Shown piece after piece: positions 38,981-51,798 of a DNA stretch of 64,000 nt. The DNA comes from Leucoraja ocellata (taxonomy: Eukaryota), in contig JAWMAR010000016.1 of NCBI GenBank assembly GCA_036785375.1, positions 8,060,001 through 8,124,000 of the forward strand. The letters are read 5' to 3'. The notes under the pieces were generated by a model. The model was given only the letters and a program-made list of their open reading frames with translations, searched no databases and was not told the origin of the DNA. The translations under genes and the position numbers were made by a program. Numbering within the stretch: position 1 is the first letter of the stretch; each line of letters opens with the position of its first letter.

Positions 38981-39119
38981 TAGAAGATATTGGATTAATT
39001 AACTTATAGGAAAGAGGAGTCATTTTTTTATTGGCAAGCATTTAGCATTTAAATTGGTTGTTTGATTAAGCCATCTTATTTTGTTCATGCCAATAACATA
39101 TGCACCTTCTAATTTCCAG

Positions 39120-39654
39120 ACGGCAGATGCCTTCTTCTTTCTTCATGTTCCAGTTTAAAAATGTAGAATATTCATCCGGGAGGAATAAAACATTTTTGTG
39201 CTATTCAGTGGAAGAAGAGGGTGCGGAGTGTCGGAAAACTGAAGGATATGTGGAGGATGAGCACACAACTATGCATGCTGAAGAGGCCTTCTTCACAGAC
39301 GTCTTCAAGGAGTGTGATGGCAAGCTGAAGTATTCCATCATTTGGTACATGTCCTCCAGCCCCTGTGCGCCCTGTGCTTCCAAAATTGTAGCGTACCTGA
39401 AGAAGAGTCCCAACGTCTGTCTCACCATTTTCATTGCCCGCTTATTCATGTGGGAAGAGCCCGAGATCCAACAAGGCCTGAAGCTGCTGAAAGCCGCTGG
39501 TTGCCGATTGAGGATCATGAAGGCTCCCGAGTACAACTACTGCTGGAACACCTACGTCGAAAATGAGGGGGAATCGTTTGCACCGTGGGAAGACCTACCA
39601 ACCAGTAGCTCGGCTTATGAAGTGATTCTTAATGACATTCTACAACATGCCTAG
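39120..39654 (+). CDS. APOBEC2: APOBEC2 coding exon 2, zinc-dependent deaminase-fold domain
   Basis: TTTCCAG acceptor ends at 39119. The translation contains FQFKNVEYSSGRNKTFLCY, HAEEAFF, WYMSSSPCAPCA and RLFMWEEPEIQ, which are APOBEC2 signatures with an intact HxE/PCxxC motif. Stop TAG at 39652-39654. Spliced CDS is 648 nt. Confidence 0.97.
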
Positions 39655-40601
39655 AAGGGTGAGGCATTTTGGCTTGTACCCAAATAATAGGGGTTGCCAC
39701 AGTCTGATGCTTCTCCTCCATCCACCCCCCTCCCCCCCCTCCCCCACTCCCATGTATATTTGCCGTGAGCACTCTTGTTTGTTGTGATTGATTTATACAA
39801 GGAACGGCAAGAGCAATGTTGTCAATATTGGACATTTGGTTAACATTTTATTGATTTATGCCAATAAAATTAGGGGTGAGCAGGAATGAGCCTTGTGGTA
39901 CCAATCCCCACGTTTTAAAGTGTTTCCAGAGAGTTTCTACGAGAGGAGACAGGCACTCCAACTCTGAACACCCTACCTCTGTATACAGCTTGAGGGAATC
40001 TGTAATACTCTCTGGTACTGATGAATGCAAGCTGGTGCAAAGATTGCTATGCCAATGAAGGTGGTATTGGCTTTGCGGTCTGCCAGACTGTATCTCTACA
40101 TTATTCTCTCAGTGAACAAACATAGGAAACAGAAGAAAAATCTTCCTTTGATTCATGGCAAAAATCAATAATTTTTTCACCAAATAACCAATGTTAAAAT
40201 GCTTGCGTTAAAAACAGGTTTGACACCAGAGAGCCTGCAGTGTTTTTGTTAGATGGTTGGAATAGTGTGACGATGTGTATGTCAAGTTTCACCAACCCTG
40301 CTCCCGATCATGGTTTGCATCAACAGACAGGCAGAACAGGACAATTTTCAGTACGGTACCATAAAAGGGATAAACATTACTAAATAATAACAACAGGAAA
40401 AGATAGGAAAGCTTACAGCTGAGAATCTCAAATTATTTTCAATGGTGTACAACCTGCAATTAAAGTAGGATTTGCAGGTGTGGGATGATTGGAGCAGAGT
40501 GGAACAAACTAAGCGCTATTTTAAGGTTATATTTGTATTTTCAGGTGCAATCATTTTATGCTGTGTGAAAAGGTTACCCCTCAGATTCCTATTAAACCTT
40601 A

Positions 40602-41131
40602 GAAACATAGAAATTAGGTGCAGGAGTAGGCCATTCGGCCCTTCGAGCCTGCACCGCCATTCAATATGATCATGGCTGATCATCCAACTCAGTATCCCGT
40701 ACCTGCCTTCTCTCCATACCCCCTGATCCCCTTAGCCACAAGGGCCACATCTAACTCCCTCTTAAATATAGCCAATGAAGTGGCCTCAACTACCCTCTGT
40801 GGCAGAGAGTTCCAGAGATTCACCACTCTCTGTGTGAAAAAAGTTCTTCTCATCTCGGTTTTAAAGGATTTCCCCTTTATCCTTAAGCTGTGACCCCTTG
40901 TCCTGGACTTCCCTAACATCGGGAACAATCTTCCTGCATCTAGCCTGTCCAACCCCTTAAGAATTTTGTAAGTTTCTATAAGATCCCCTCTCAATCTTCT
41001 AAATTCTAGAGAGTATAAACCAAGTCTATCCAGTCTTTCTTCATAAGACAGTCCTGACATCCCAGGAATCAGTCTGGTGAACCGTCTCTGCACTCCCTCT
41101 ATGGCAATAATGTCCTTCCTCAGAAGGACAT
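40602..41131 (-). mobile_element. Young CR1 3' fragment nested in an older CR1 (about 40560-41350)
   Basis: Nearly identical to 50706-51233. 12-bp duplication TATTAAACCTTA at 40590-40601 and 41132-41143. Confidence 0.92.
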
Positions 41132-41910
41132 TATTAAACCTTAAACCTATGATTAAGTTAATTATGATTAAACCTCTAGTCCTCGATTCCCCAATCTGGG
41201 CAAGAGATCTACCCGATCTATTCCTCTCATGATCTTATACATCTTTATTAGATCACCCCTCAACCTCCTGCACTCCAAGGAATAGAGCCCCAGCTGACTC
41301 AACCTCTCCCTATAGCTCAGAACCTCTAGTCCTGGCAACATCCTCGTAAATCTAAGTTTTGTTTAGTTGCAAATCTTGGGACACGTAAAATAAAGTTAGA
41401 AAATACAAGAATTATTCAGGTCAGGCAGCATCCGTGGAACGAGAAACAGTTAGCCATTCAGAATAAAGAATATTCTTTGATTTTAAATTGCTATTAAGAT
41501 ATGTGATGGGAATTGCAAGACTGAGGTGCTACAGCACCATTGGTGGGAGGGTGTAACTATGACAACTTCATGCAGGCAGCAATGGAGTCATAGAATTTAA
41601 AATGGAGAGCAATGAAACTGAAAATGTTACAACACCAAGCTGGAGTATTTTTGAAGAGCATATGTACAGACCTAGGATTTTTAATTTATTTCACGGAGAG
41701 TTGCATATTTACATTGTGAAAACATAGTGGTACAATTACTGATTTGTCCTACTAGAAAATTAAAGTATTTTGAGTTGCATATGCCAGGGTGTAATATCGA
41801 TGCATGCAGTTTTATCACAGGTGCAAGTGTGATGGATTAAAGGCATCATTTGCTAACATAATGAAGAACTTTAAACTGCATTGACTCAAGTGTGATTTTT
41901 TTTCTAACAG

Positions 41911-42450
41911 GCTGAAACTCCCCAGTGTGCATTTTTTCCAGGGGATATTATAATTTTATAACATCAGAGATGCTCATAACAATATTGAGAGCAGCCTCCA
42001 TGATCTCCAGCTCTGTGAGGGAGAAGCTGAATGCTTCTATGGGAGGGAACTGGGAGAAAACAGTCCCTCGGCTGAGGTAAATATCCAACATAAAAAGTTA
42101 CGGAATATTACAAAGCAACCATATTTTGCAAGTATATTTTAAAAACCCATATCAAATAGTGGCTGTGAAAGCCTGGAAATAATCCCTACCCTAGGTGCAA
42201 CAGTGTCACAATGGCTTCATCACTAACAAAAGGTGATGTGAAAATGGAACAAAATGGCATGGTGAATTTACACCTCGGGTATCTCTACACGCATAATGCT
42301 GTTCAAATGTCGAATGTAAAAAAATTATACCTTCTGATAACTGGATAGAGCAGCCATTTTATATTATTACATCAGCCTAGCTAGTCATTGTCCTCATTAC
42401 AACCCAAGTCTTTGGTGTTGTAAAACTCTCCCTCCATTTCAAATGCACTT
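41911..42450 (+). other. Candidate non-coding 3'UTR exon of APOBEC2 (end uncertain)
   Basis: Donor AAGG|GTGAGG at 39659, 4 nt after the stop. Strong acceptor TTTTTTTTCTAACAG ends at 41910 and is followed by repeat-poor sequence. No clear polyA signal found. Confidence 0.4.
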
Positions 42451-42529
42451 TTAAAATTCCACACTGCTGTGGAGGCCAAGTCAATGGATATTTTTTTAAG
42501 GAGGAGATTGACAGATTCTTGATTAGTAA

Positions 42530-43011
42530 AGGGGCCGTCTCACTTGGGCGACCTAATTGCCGAGTTTAGGAGTTTGAAAAAAAAATGTCATGTTGAAGAC
42601 CTCCTTCGACTATGTTGAAGACTGGCTTCGACTAGCTACAACTAACTTCTGGAAAATTGGACACCGAATAGTGGAGAGCGAAGGCAACCTCCTTCGACTA
42701 TGTTGAAGACTACCTTCGACTATCCTTGATTACTTACGACTAACATGACGACGTACTACGACTAAACCTACCAGTAAAAAAAGCATTGATTTTTTCCATG
42801 GCGACTTTTTTTTACTCGCGGGCATTTTTTAACATATTGAAAAAATCGCCGCGACCTAGCTGAGGCCTCGAGTATGCGGAGACCACACTCGAGCATGAAG
42901 GAGAGATACGAAGACCTCCTACGACCTCGTGTTGACCATGCTGCGAGTATGAGTTGAGGGCAAACTCGCCTGAACTCGCGGATTAGGTCGCCCAAGTTTG
43001 ACACAGGCCCT
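42530..43011. mobile_element. PIF/Harbinger-like MITE inside a CR1 3' end
   Basis: AGGGGCCGTCTCACTTGGGCGACCTAAT...ATTAGGTCGCCCAAGTTTGACACAGGCCCT with TAA/GAA flanks. Internal short cgacta-type repeats. Confidence 0.75.
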
Positions 43012-44627
43012 GAAGGATGTCAGGGGTTATGGGGCGAAGGCAGGAGAATGGGGCTGAAAGGGAAAGATAGATCAGCCACAATTGAATGGCGGGTGAGACC
43101 TGATGGGCCAAATGGCCTTATTCTGTTCCTAGAATGTATGAACATGTTTCCCTCAAATAATCAGTCTTTTAGATCTTTTTCCATTTTTACAATTTGGAAA
43201 TTCTGATTTTTTTAAATTATGTTTCACTTATTTAAATTTACATTGTCTACTTTTCTAGTTTACTAAAAGCAACAATTTAAAACACCATTTAATGTTTGAC
43301 ATTATTCAAATACATCCTGTTTCTTATGTTGATAGGTAGAGAAGGTGACACTTCAAGGAAACTTGGATTCCATGTAAATTGATCATAACTATGTCATGGA
43401 GATATGGAAACAATTGAAAAGACTAAATAGATTCCTGCCATCCCATATAGATGGGCTAGAGGATGGTGTGATCTTGAAGAAGTGCTGAATAGATTTACCA
43501 TAGTAATACATTGATTTCAAATTTTAAATTGAAAGGGGATTTTACACAAAGATTACATTCCATTGAATTTAAAAGATTCCAGAATGATTATAGTACTCTG
43601 CAAGATCTTAAGGGAAACTGATAAGGATAAACTATTTTTGATGGTTCTAGGGATCTCTGACAAAGAACATTGCTAAGAGTTAGAACATGGTTTTTCAGAT
43701 TTACCGTGGGAGAGATTCAACGGACTGACAAATATGGACTTCTCAGTACATGTATTTTCACACATGTATCAATTACTAAATTCAAATCTTTGACAGATTT
43801 TTATGGGGTGGTATTAAGGAACATAAGTCAATGGTGGGTATATGGAGTTAGTTTGCAGGCGAGGTTAAATAGAAAAGCTGCCTTGAGAGGAAAAGCACCC
43901 AATTCTGTTTCTCCCCTTCTGAATGAAGTATGCAGTAATTGGATTGAAATGTTCTATTCAGGACATTCAACAAGCAGGGGAAAGCTTTTAGTACTCGCTT
44001 GCAAACAAAATGGTTAATATATAGAGGACAATTTGCAGCCCTGTTGAGAGAGATTTCTGTCCATACTGCAGTATCACAATCATATACGAGGGAACTCGAT
44101 ACGTAGCATCAGCTGTTCCTTTCAAGTTCAGTTTTCATTCCATCAGATTGTCTCTGGCAACAGCAGCTATTTTTGTTTCATTTCAACTTTGGAAGATTTA
44201 CGGTTTCATTGAACCAAGGTTATAATTGTTTGGTGGTTTGAAATCGTGTTTCTTTCAAGAGCCATCTTAGCAAAATATTTTAAGCAGTTGTTTTTCGCAA
44301 ATACAGAAAACATGCACATATCAGACTTTGAAATCAAAGTGACGTGAAGCGATACAACAATGCATATACCCCTCGTTATAATGAACCATAGTGGGGGTGG
44401 GGCGAGGAAATGGTAGCAGTTATTGGTGATTGTCCGCTATAACCAAAGGGGGTAAATATGTACATTATTGGAAAAACGACCAATAAACACACTAAACAAT
44501 CAATAAATAGGAAAGGCCACAAATTACATAACACTTTAAACATTGTAAATAAAAGTTTGCATACTGTAAGATTTGCTCCAACCATCTCGTGGTCGCTCTG
44601 TAAAACAACAAACTCAGTCAATGGACA

Positions 44628-46240
44628 ATAATCAATAGACACTCGGTGCAGGAGTAGGCCATTCGTCCCTTCGAGCTAGCACCGCCATTCACTGTGATCA
44701 TGGCTAATCATCCACAATCAGCACCCCAGTTCCTGCCTTCTCCCCATTTCCCTTCACTCCTCTATCTTTAAGAGATCTATCTAACTCGCTCTTGAAAGCC
44801 TCCAAAGAATTGGCCTCCAATGCCTTCTGAGGCAGAGAATGACACAGATTCACAACTCTCTGTGTGAAAAAGTTTTCCCTCATCTCCGTTCTAATTGGCT
44901 TACCACTGATCCTTAAACTGTGGCCCCTGGTTATAAAAAATAGACAATAGGTGCAGGGGTAGGCCATTCAGTCCTTCGAGCCAGCACCACCATTCAATGT
45001 GATCATGGCTGATCATCCCCAATCAGTACCCCGTTCCTGCCTTCTCCCATATCCCCTGACTCCGCTATCTTTAAGAGCCCTATCTAGCTCTCTCTTGAAA
45101 GTATCCAGAGAACCGGCCTTCACCGCCCTCTGAGGCAGAGAATTCCGCAGACTCACAACTCTGTGTGAAAGTGTTTCTGCATCCGCGTTCTAAATGGCTT
45201 ACCCCTTATTCTTAAACAGTGGCTCCTGGTTCTGGACTCCCCCAACATCGGGAACATGTTTCCTGCCTCTAGAGTGTCTAAACCCTTAATAATCTTATAT
45301 GTTTCAATAAAATTCCCTCTCATCCTTCCAAACTCCAGAGTATACAAGCCCAGGCGCTCCATTCTCTCAGCATATGATAGTCCCGCCATCCCGGGAATTA
45401 ACCTTGTAGACCTACGCTGCACTCCCTCAATAGCAATAATGTCCTTCCTCAAATTAGGGGATCAAAACTGCACACAATACTCCAGGTGTAGTCTCACTAG
45501 GGCCCTGTACAACTGCAGAGGGCCCTGTACAACTCTTTGCTCCTATACTCAACTCCTCTTGTTATGAAGGCCGACATGCCATTTGCTTTCTTCACTGCCT
45601 GCTGTACCTGCATGCTTACTTTCAGTGACTGATGAACAAGGACCCCCAGATCTCGCTGTACGTCCCCTTTTCCCAACGTGACACCATTCAGATAATAATC
45701 TGCCTTCCTGGTTTTGCCACCAAAGTGGATAACCTCACATTTATCCACATTAAACTGCATCTGCCCACTCACCCAACCTGTCCAGCTCACCCTGGATCCT
45801 CGTAGCATCCTCCTCACAGTTCATCCTGCCACCCAGCTTTGCGTCATCTGCAAAGTTGCTAATGTTACTTTGAATCCCTTCACCTAAATCATTATTGTAT
45901 ATTGTAAATAACTGCGGTCCCAGCACCGAGCCTTGCGGTACCCCACTAGTCACTGTCTGCCATTCTGAAAGGGACCCGTTTATCCCTACTCTTTGTTTCC
46001 TGTCTGCCAACCAATTTTCTATCCATGTCAGTACCCTACCCCCATTACCACGTGCTCTAATTGTTCCCACTAATCTCCTATGTGGGATCTTATCAAATGC
46101 TTTCTGAAAGTTCAGGTACACTACACCCACTGGCTCTCCCATGTCCATTTTCCTAGTTACATCCTCAAAGAATTCCAGAAGATTAGTCAAGCATGATTTC
46201 CCCTTCGTAAATCCATGCTGACTAGGACCAATCCTGCTTC
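44628..46240 (-). mobile_element. Two tandem CR1 LINE fragments (RT and 3' ends)
   Basis: TNLLEFFEDVT, YLNFQKAFDK, SGVPQGSVLGP and FADD. Two 3' tails near 44630 and 44940. Confidence 0.92.
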
Positions 46241-49200
46241 TGTTACCCTAATGTGCCAAATGTCCTTTGTTCCTGTACGAATGGATGCCTCAGTTCCAAC
46301 AGATTTTGTCCACTGTAATAAAATATGTTTTAAAGAGGTCTGTAATAACGAGGATTAACTGTAGTCTCAAGGCCTGCAGTTAGTTACTATTTCAAGATCA
46401 CAGTTTGAAAAGTAATTTCATTTCATCGAAAACTTAGATTTAAGATAGTCTGCTTTATTTCCCCCCCTGTAAATGTTTTTCTTGCTCATCATTTTTATTA
46501 AAAAAGGCAAAATACATAATAAAAATTGGTAGTAAAAAGTATTAAATGCAACAATTATTTTGTATGTAGACAAAAGTGCTGGAGAAACTCAGCAGGTGTG
46601 GCAGCATCTAAGTAGCGAAGGGAATAGGCAACGTTTCGAGCCAAAACCCTTCTTTAGATGATAATTCTTCATAACCCTTATCATGATATTGCATGAAACA
46701 ATTTCATAAAGTTGAGGCCAACAAATGATTTCACCTGTTGTTGGTGCGCTCAAAAAAAATTTGTATTTTGTGCTCCAACCACATAAGGTTCCCCTCATAA
46801 TAGGGAACTGGGAATAGCTCAAGCAAAGCCATGAACCTATGCTACGTACCAGTGTTTTCCCACATGAGGTTTCTCCGAGATCTTCGGTTTCCTCCCACAC
46901 TCCAAGATGTACAGGTTTGTAGGTTAATTGACCTGGTATGTGTAAATTGTCCCTAGTGTTTGCTAATGGCATTAATGTGGAGGGGTCGCTGGTCAGTGCA
47001 GACTCGGTGGGCCGAAAGGCCTGTTTCTCTAAACTAAACAAGTCTTGATTTTCTTTGAAAAAATCAGCTGTGTCAGCTTTTGCAGGGTGAAGAGTCCAAG
47101 GAATGAAATACTGCACACCAGGGCAATCCAGGCAGCACTACAATGAGGATGGAAGCTGTTTCAATTATGCGGGAGGAAAGAGCTGTCTGCAATCGGCACC
47201 AATTTAATCCACGTATAACTATCTGGCCAGGAACATTTAGCAAATAAGTGTGTGATTCTGCACCTAGAAATTAATCTGCTCGCAAACAAACAAAGACTAA
47301 TTTCACCCATCATGGATAATGTGCTAAGGCACTGCTGCTTGTCTGAGCCTGGATGTCACATGTTCAAACCTCATTTCAGAGACTTCAGCACTTCAAATTT
47401 TAGTGCAATCCGAAGAACATTTCTGCATTGTCAAAATTTAAACAACTCTATTTGTGCTCTCATGTGACCATAACTCAATGCAAGTTCAACGAACAGCAAG
47501 GGACTTGGAGTCCTGACGGATATTCACACTAATAATCACAATCAGAATTAGTCCACAGAACATAAGTCAAAAGCCCTGCTTGCTAAACTCTACCAACATT
47601 GTCTATTAACTGTTATATGTAAATAACTGCGTATTACTTCTCTTTATTATAGAGTATTCAGTGCTTTCAAAGCCAAATACTTCAACTCCATTTGGCGCAG
47701 TGGGACCGGGGAAGAGAAACCAAACTCATATATTTTATTTCACTTGGACTGAACTGAGAGAGTTGCTTTCGCTTCTCATCGTGCATCACAAGTTTATTGA
47801 ACATGTTCTGATCGTCTTCTACTTCAGTTCATAGATGGTAGCTAAAGTGATATGTTCCAATGAAGAGAAAGTTCTAAGCTATCCAATAATGAGCGGAACA
47901 TTTCATAGTGTAGGTTTGTAATAAGGTAATAAAAAGTTGTTTCAGACATAGAATGCCAATGTAGTGAATCTTATTGCGCTTATTTTAGTATCCAAAATAC
48001 ATCCTGCTACTTTGTGCCGTACAATAAAACATTGGCTGTATTTTTGTGCTGCTCATTTCTTTCATTTGAAGTGCAAATGTCTCTGCAGGCATCTCATCTC
48101 CAAAGACCAATCATAACTAAAATTTTAGAACCCTGATTTCAGGATTCCCAATAGGATAGAAATGAAAATCCTATGATCTACAAAAAAGTGAATTTCACAC
48201 CTGATCGATAACCAACCTGTTCAGATGATTAACTTTATACCGCCTGTACAACATCCAAGGTGGACGTAAAAAGCTGGAACAGCTCAGTGGGTCAGGCTAC
48301 ATCTCTGGAGGAAAGGAAAAGGTAATATTTCAAGTCGAGATCCTTCTTGAGACTGAGTCATGCAGAGGGAATCGAGAGATACGAAAAGTTACAGGGAACA
48401 AATGAATGAAAGGTATGCAAAAGGACAAATCAAAGCTAGCAACAATGTTCAAAGAAAGGTGGAGCCGCATTGCTCCATCGTTGGCTGTGGAGGTGATAGC
48501 GAGTGATACAGTGAAATTAAGCAGGACAACAGTGAGTTATAGTATAACGCCTGTAATTATTATGTTAAAATTTTTTCAGATTATAACGTAATAATAAGGA
48601 CAATAATATTGCAAGGATAACCAAGATTATGGGTAGTGATATTTGCTCTTTGTTACTCTGTTATGGACCTGTGAGGTTCACTATGCTGGTCCAGTTGCCT
48701 TGGAATAAATACGTTACAAATTAAAAATATTTGATTGATTTCGGGTGGCCTGTTGTGTATCCCAACAACCAGATGAAACAGAAACAGCTGTTGTTAAGGA
48801 GGTTCACCAGGGCACACATCCATGACTGTCAAATAAGATTTCAATCAAGAATTTTGTCATCGGAGCACATTAAGAGTGTTTCTTAACCTACAAAAAATAA
48901 AGATACAGTTGATTTGTTCTCTTGCAAAGAACAAAGGATGAGTGATCAAGCATGTTAATATCAAAAACCCTGGTTGGCAGAGAATGATGTGTGGATGTAG
49001 AGGCAGGTGTCTTCCTCCGTCACCCTAGTGAGACAAAAGACAAACTGGGGAACCTTGTATTCTGCTTGGGTAGCTTGCAATTCAATGGCATGAATATTCT
49101 CCTACACCACCTTTCCCTTGCACACAAAAAAAAATGCTTAAGAGGGACAGGCCCATAAGCATTCAAGTCTGGAAAGGAATAATATATATAGGCAGATACA

Positions 49201-50093
49201 AAAATAATTTGAGGTGTCAACAATATTTCCACACAAGTTTTGATGGGAAGACCGATCTTCAGATGCACTATAACACCACATCAAATGTATCTGAACAAGA
49301 CCATATTAGATTGATAATCAATCAAGAGTTCTCTATATTCAGCGGCAAGACAAAATTGCAGCTTAATCATACCATACTTTATAAAACAAGAAACTACCAG
49401 TCCTTATAAATGTAAAATTCACACAATGAAAAATATTCTAAAACATCTAGAATTCTAGCTTGCTGTCATTTTCTAGACCAATTTGCTGATGCAATTTTCA
49501 TTTGCTTCAAGGCCCATCATTTTGTCATTCAATGGCTCCTGCCATCAAATGCTTCTTAGACTAGTTTCAGTCTCCTCCTAATGTGCTATATTGAAGAGAA
49601 CGTGTTTCCACTCATTAAATTTAATTTTGATTGCAATTCTACTGTTTTACCTTGCATATTCAAACTTTGATCTGTAGTCAGATTTTGGCAATGTATTTAG
49701 TGAGCATTGATGGTGTACTGAGTGACCTTACCTGTGGGGTTAGCAAGTTGTAATGGGCAGACAGCCGAACAAATGCTGAATCATTCCATGTCTATTAGTA
49801 GCAGTATCAGTTTACCAGACTAGCTGGCAACTCCTTCAAGCCTGCAGCATGCTGTCAATATTTTAAATAGAACTGAAAAACATTGAGATGAAAGAGATAG
49901 TAGTTACATGGAAGCTGTATGGCTAACGGTCAAAGCAGACATTAGTGGTCAGGAAATGTTTTCAGACTCAGGGAAAATAGTGACGTTTCCTAATGGCCAC
50001 TATTGGAACTACTGTTGTATTTAATACATTTTTAATTTGCAAACAGACATTAATTTCAAACTCTGCAGGCAAGACAAAACTCAAATGCAGTAC

Positions 50094-51233
50094 ATTAAAG
50101 CACAAGGCATTGGGGGTTCAGTATTGATGTGGATAGAGAACTGGCTGGCAAACAGGAAGCAAAGAGTAGGAGTAAACGGGTCCTTTTCACAATGGCAGGC
50201 AGTGACTAGTGGGGTACCCCAAGGCTCAGTACTGGGACCCCAGCTATTTACAATATATATTAATGATCTGGATGAGGGAATTGAAGGCAATATCTCCAAG
50301 TTTGCGGATGACACTAAGCTGGGGGGCAGTGTTAGCTGTGAGGAGGATGCTAGGAGACTGCAGGGCGACTTGGATAGGCTGGGTGAGTGGGCAAATGTTT
50401 GGCAGATGCAGTATAATGTGGATAAATGTGAGGTTATCCATTTTGGTGGCAAAAACAGGAAAGCAGACTATTATCTAAATGGTGGCCGATTGGGAAAGGA
50501 GGAGATGCAGCGAGACCTGGGTGTCATGGTACACCAGTCATTGAAGGTAGGCATGCAGGTGCAGCAGGCAGTAAAGAAAGCGAATGGTATGTTAGCTTTC
50601 ATTGCAAAAGGATTTGAGTATAGGAGCAGAGAGGTTCTACTGCAGTTGTACAGGGTCTTGGTGAGACCACACCTGGAGTATTGCGTACAGTTTTGGTCTC
50701 CAAATCTGAGGAAGGACATTATTGCCATAGAGGGAGTGCAGAGACGGTTCACCAGACTGATTCCTGGGATGTCAGGACTGTCTTATGAAGAAAGACTGGA
50801 TAGACTTGGTTTATACTCTCTAGAATTTAGAAGATTGAGAGGGGATCTTATAGAAACTTACAAAATTCTTAAGGGGTTGGACAGGCTAGATGCAGGAAGA
50901 TTGTTCCCGATGTTAGGGAAGTCCAGGACAAGGGGTCACAGCTTAAGGATAAAGGGGAAATCCTTTAAAACCGAGATGAGGAGAACTTTTTTCACACAGA
51001 GAGTGGTGAATCTCTGGAACTCTCTGCCACAGAGGGTAGTTGAGGCCAGTTCATTGGCTATATTTAAGAGGGAGTTAGATGTAGCCCTTGTGGCTAAGGG
51101 GATCAGGGGGTATGGAGAGAAGGCAGGTACGGGATACTGAGTTGGATGATCAGCCATGATCATATTGAATGGCGGTGCAGGCTCGAAGGGCCGAAGGGCC
51201 TACTCCTGCACCTAATTTCTATGTTTCTATGTT
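50094..51233 (+). mobile_element. Young CR1 LINE, 5'-truncated, with uninterrupted RT C-terminal frame
   Basis: About 348 open codons with SGVPQGSVLGP, YINDL and KFADDTK. (TTTCTATG)n tail. Confidence 0.95.
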
Positions 51234-51798
51234 TACATTGAATATACTAAGATCTTCAGACGGAAGTGATGGGCTTGGGAAGGGGAGGGATTAAGTTTCA
51301 CAGCAATGTTTAGTAATTTATTTGTATATTGCCTCATCTATTTCAACAATACAAAACAATTTTGAATGATAAGTAGGAACAGGGGTCTTAGACACAGATA
51401 AATAAGTCACTGAAGTTGGCAAGCAAAACATCAGGCTGTTGTAAAAATGGCAGAGTCCCTCCTTACTGAAAGTTACATGCTATATAAAAATATATTCAAC
51501 TTATGAAATACTGGTGCTGGCAGATTCTTTAGACCAGTTCAGGAAAGTATAAAAGTTTTATGAGGTGCGAGGGCTGTATTAAAGTGGAGAAAGAAAATTG
51601 AGCCATTTTTATTATCAAAGTATTAAAGTGAGATGGATAGAGCTTCAAATCATGTGGTTGTGAACGAGCCTGCGAGATGTTTCCAATTGCAAAAAGATTG
51701 ATATTTAAGGTGCAGCTCTTATATATGTTTAAGTAAATTGATGAAAATAAGTATAGGTAGATACCTTTATGCAGAATTTTGATTTTGTGCACCACATA

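Noticed and set aside
39100-39119. ATG at 39100 as the start of a single-exon APOBEC2
   Set aside because: It lies in the acceptor region. A homologous, phase-compatible exon 1 exists at 29322-29434.
50037-51140. 367-aa ORF as a host gene
   Set aside because: It is a 5'-truncated CR1 RT. The N-terminal ~19 codons are flanking DNA and the start is a non-ATG codon.
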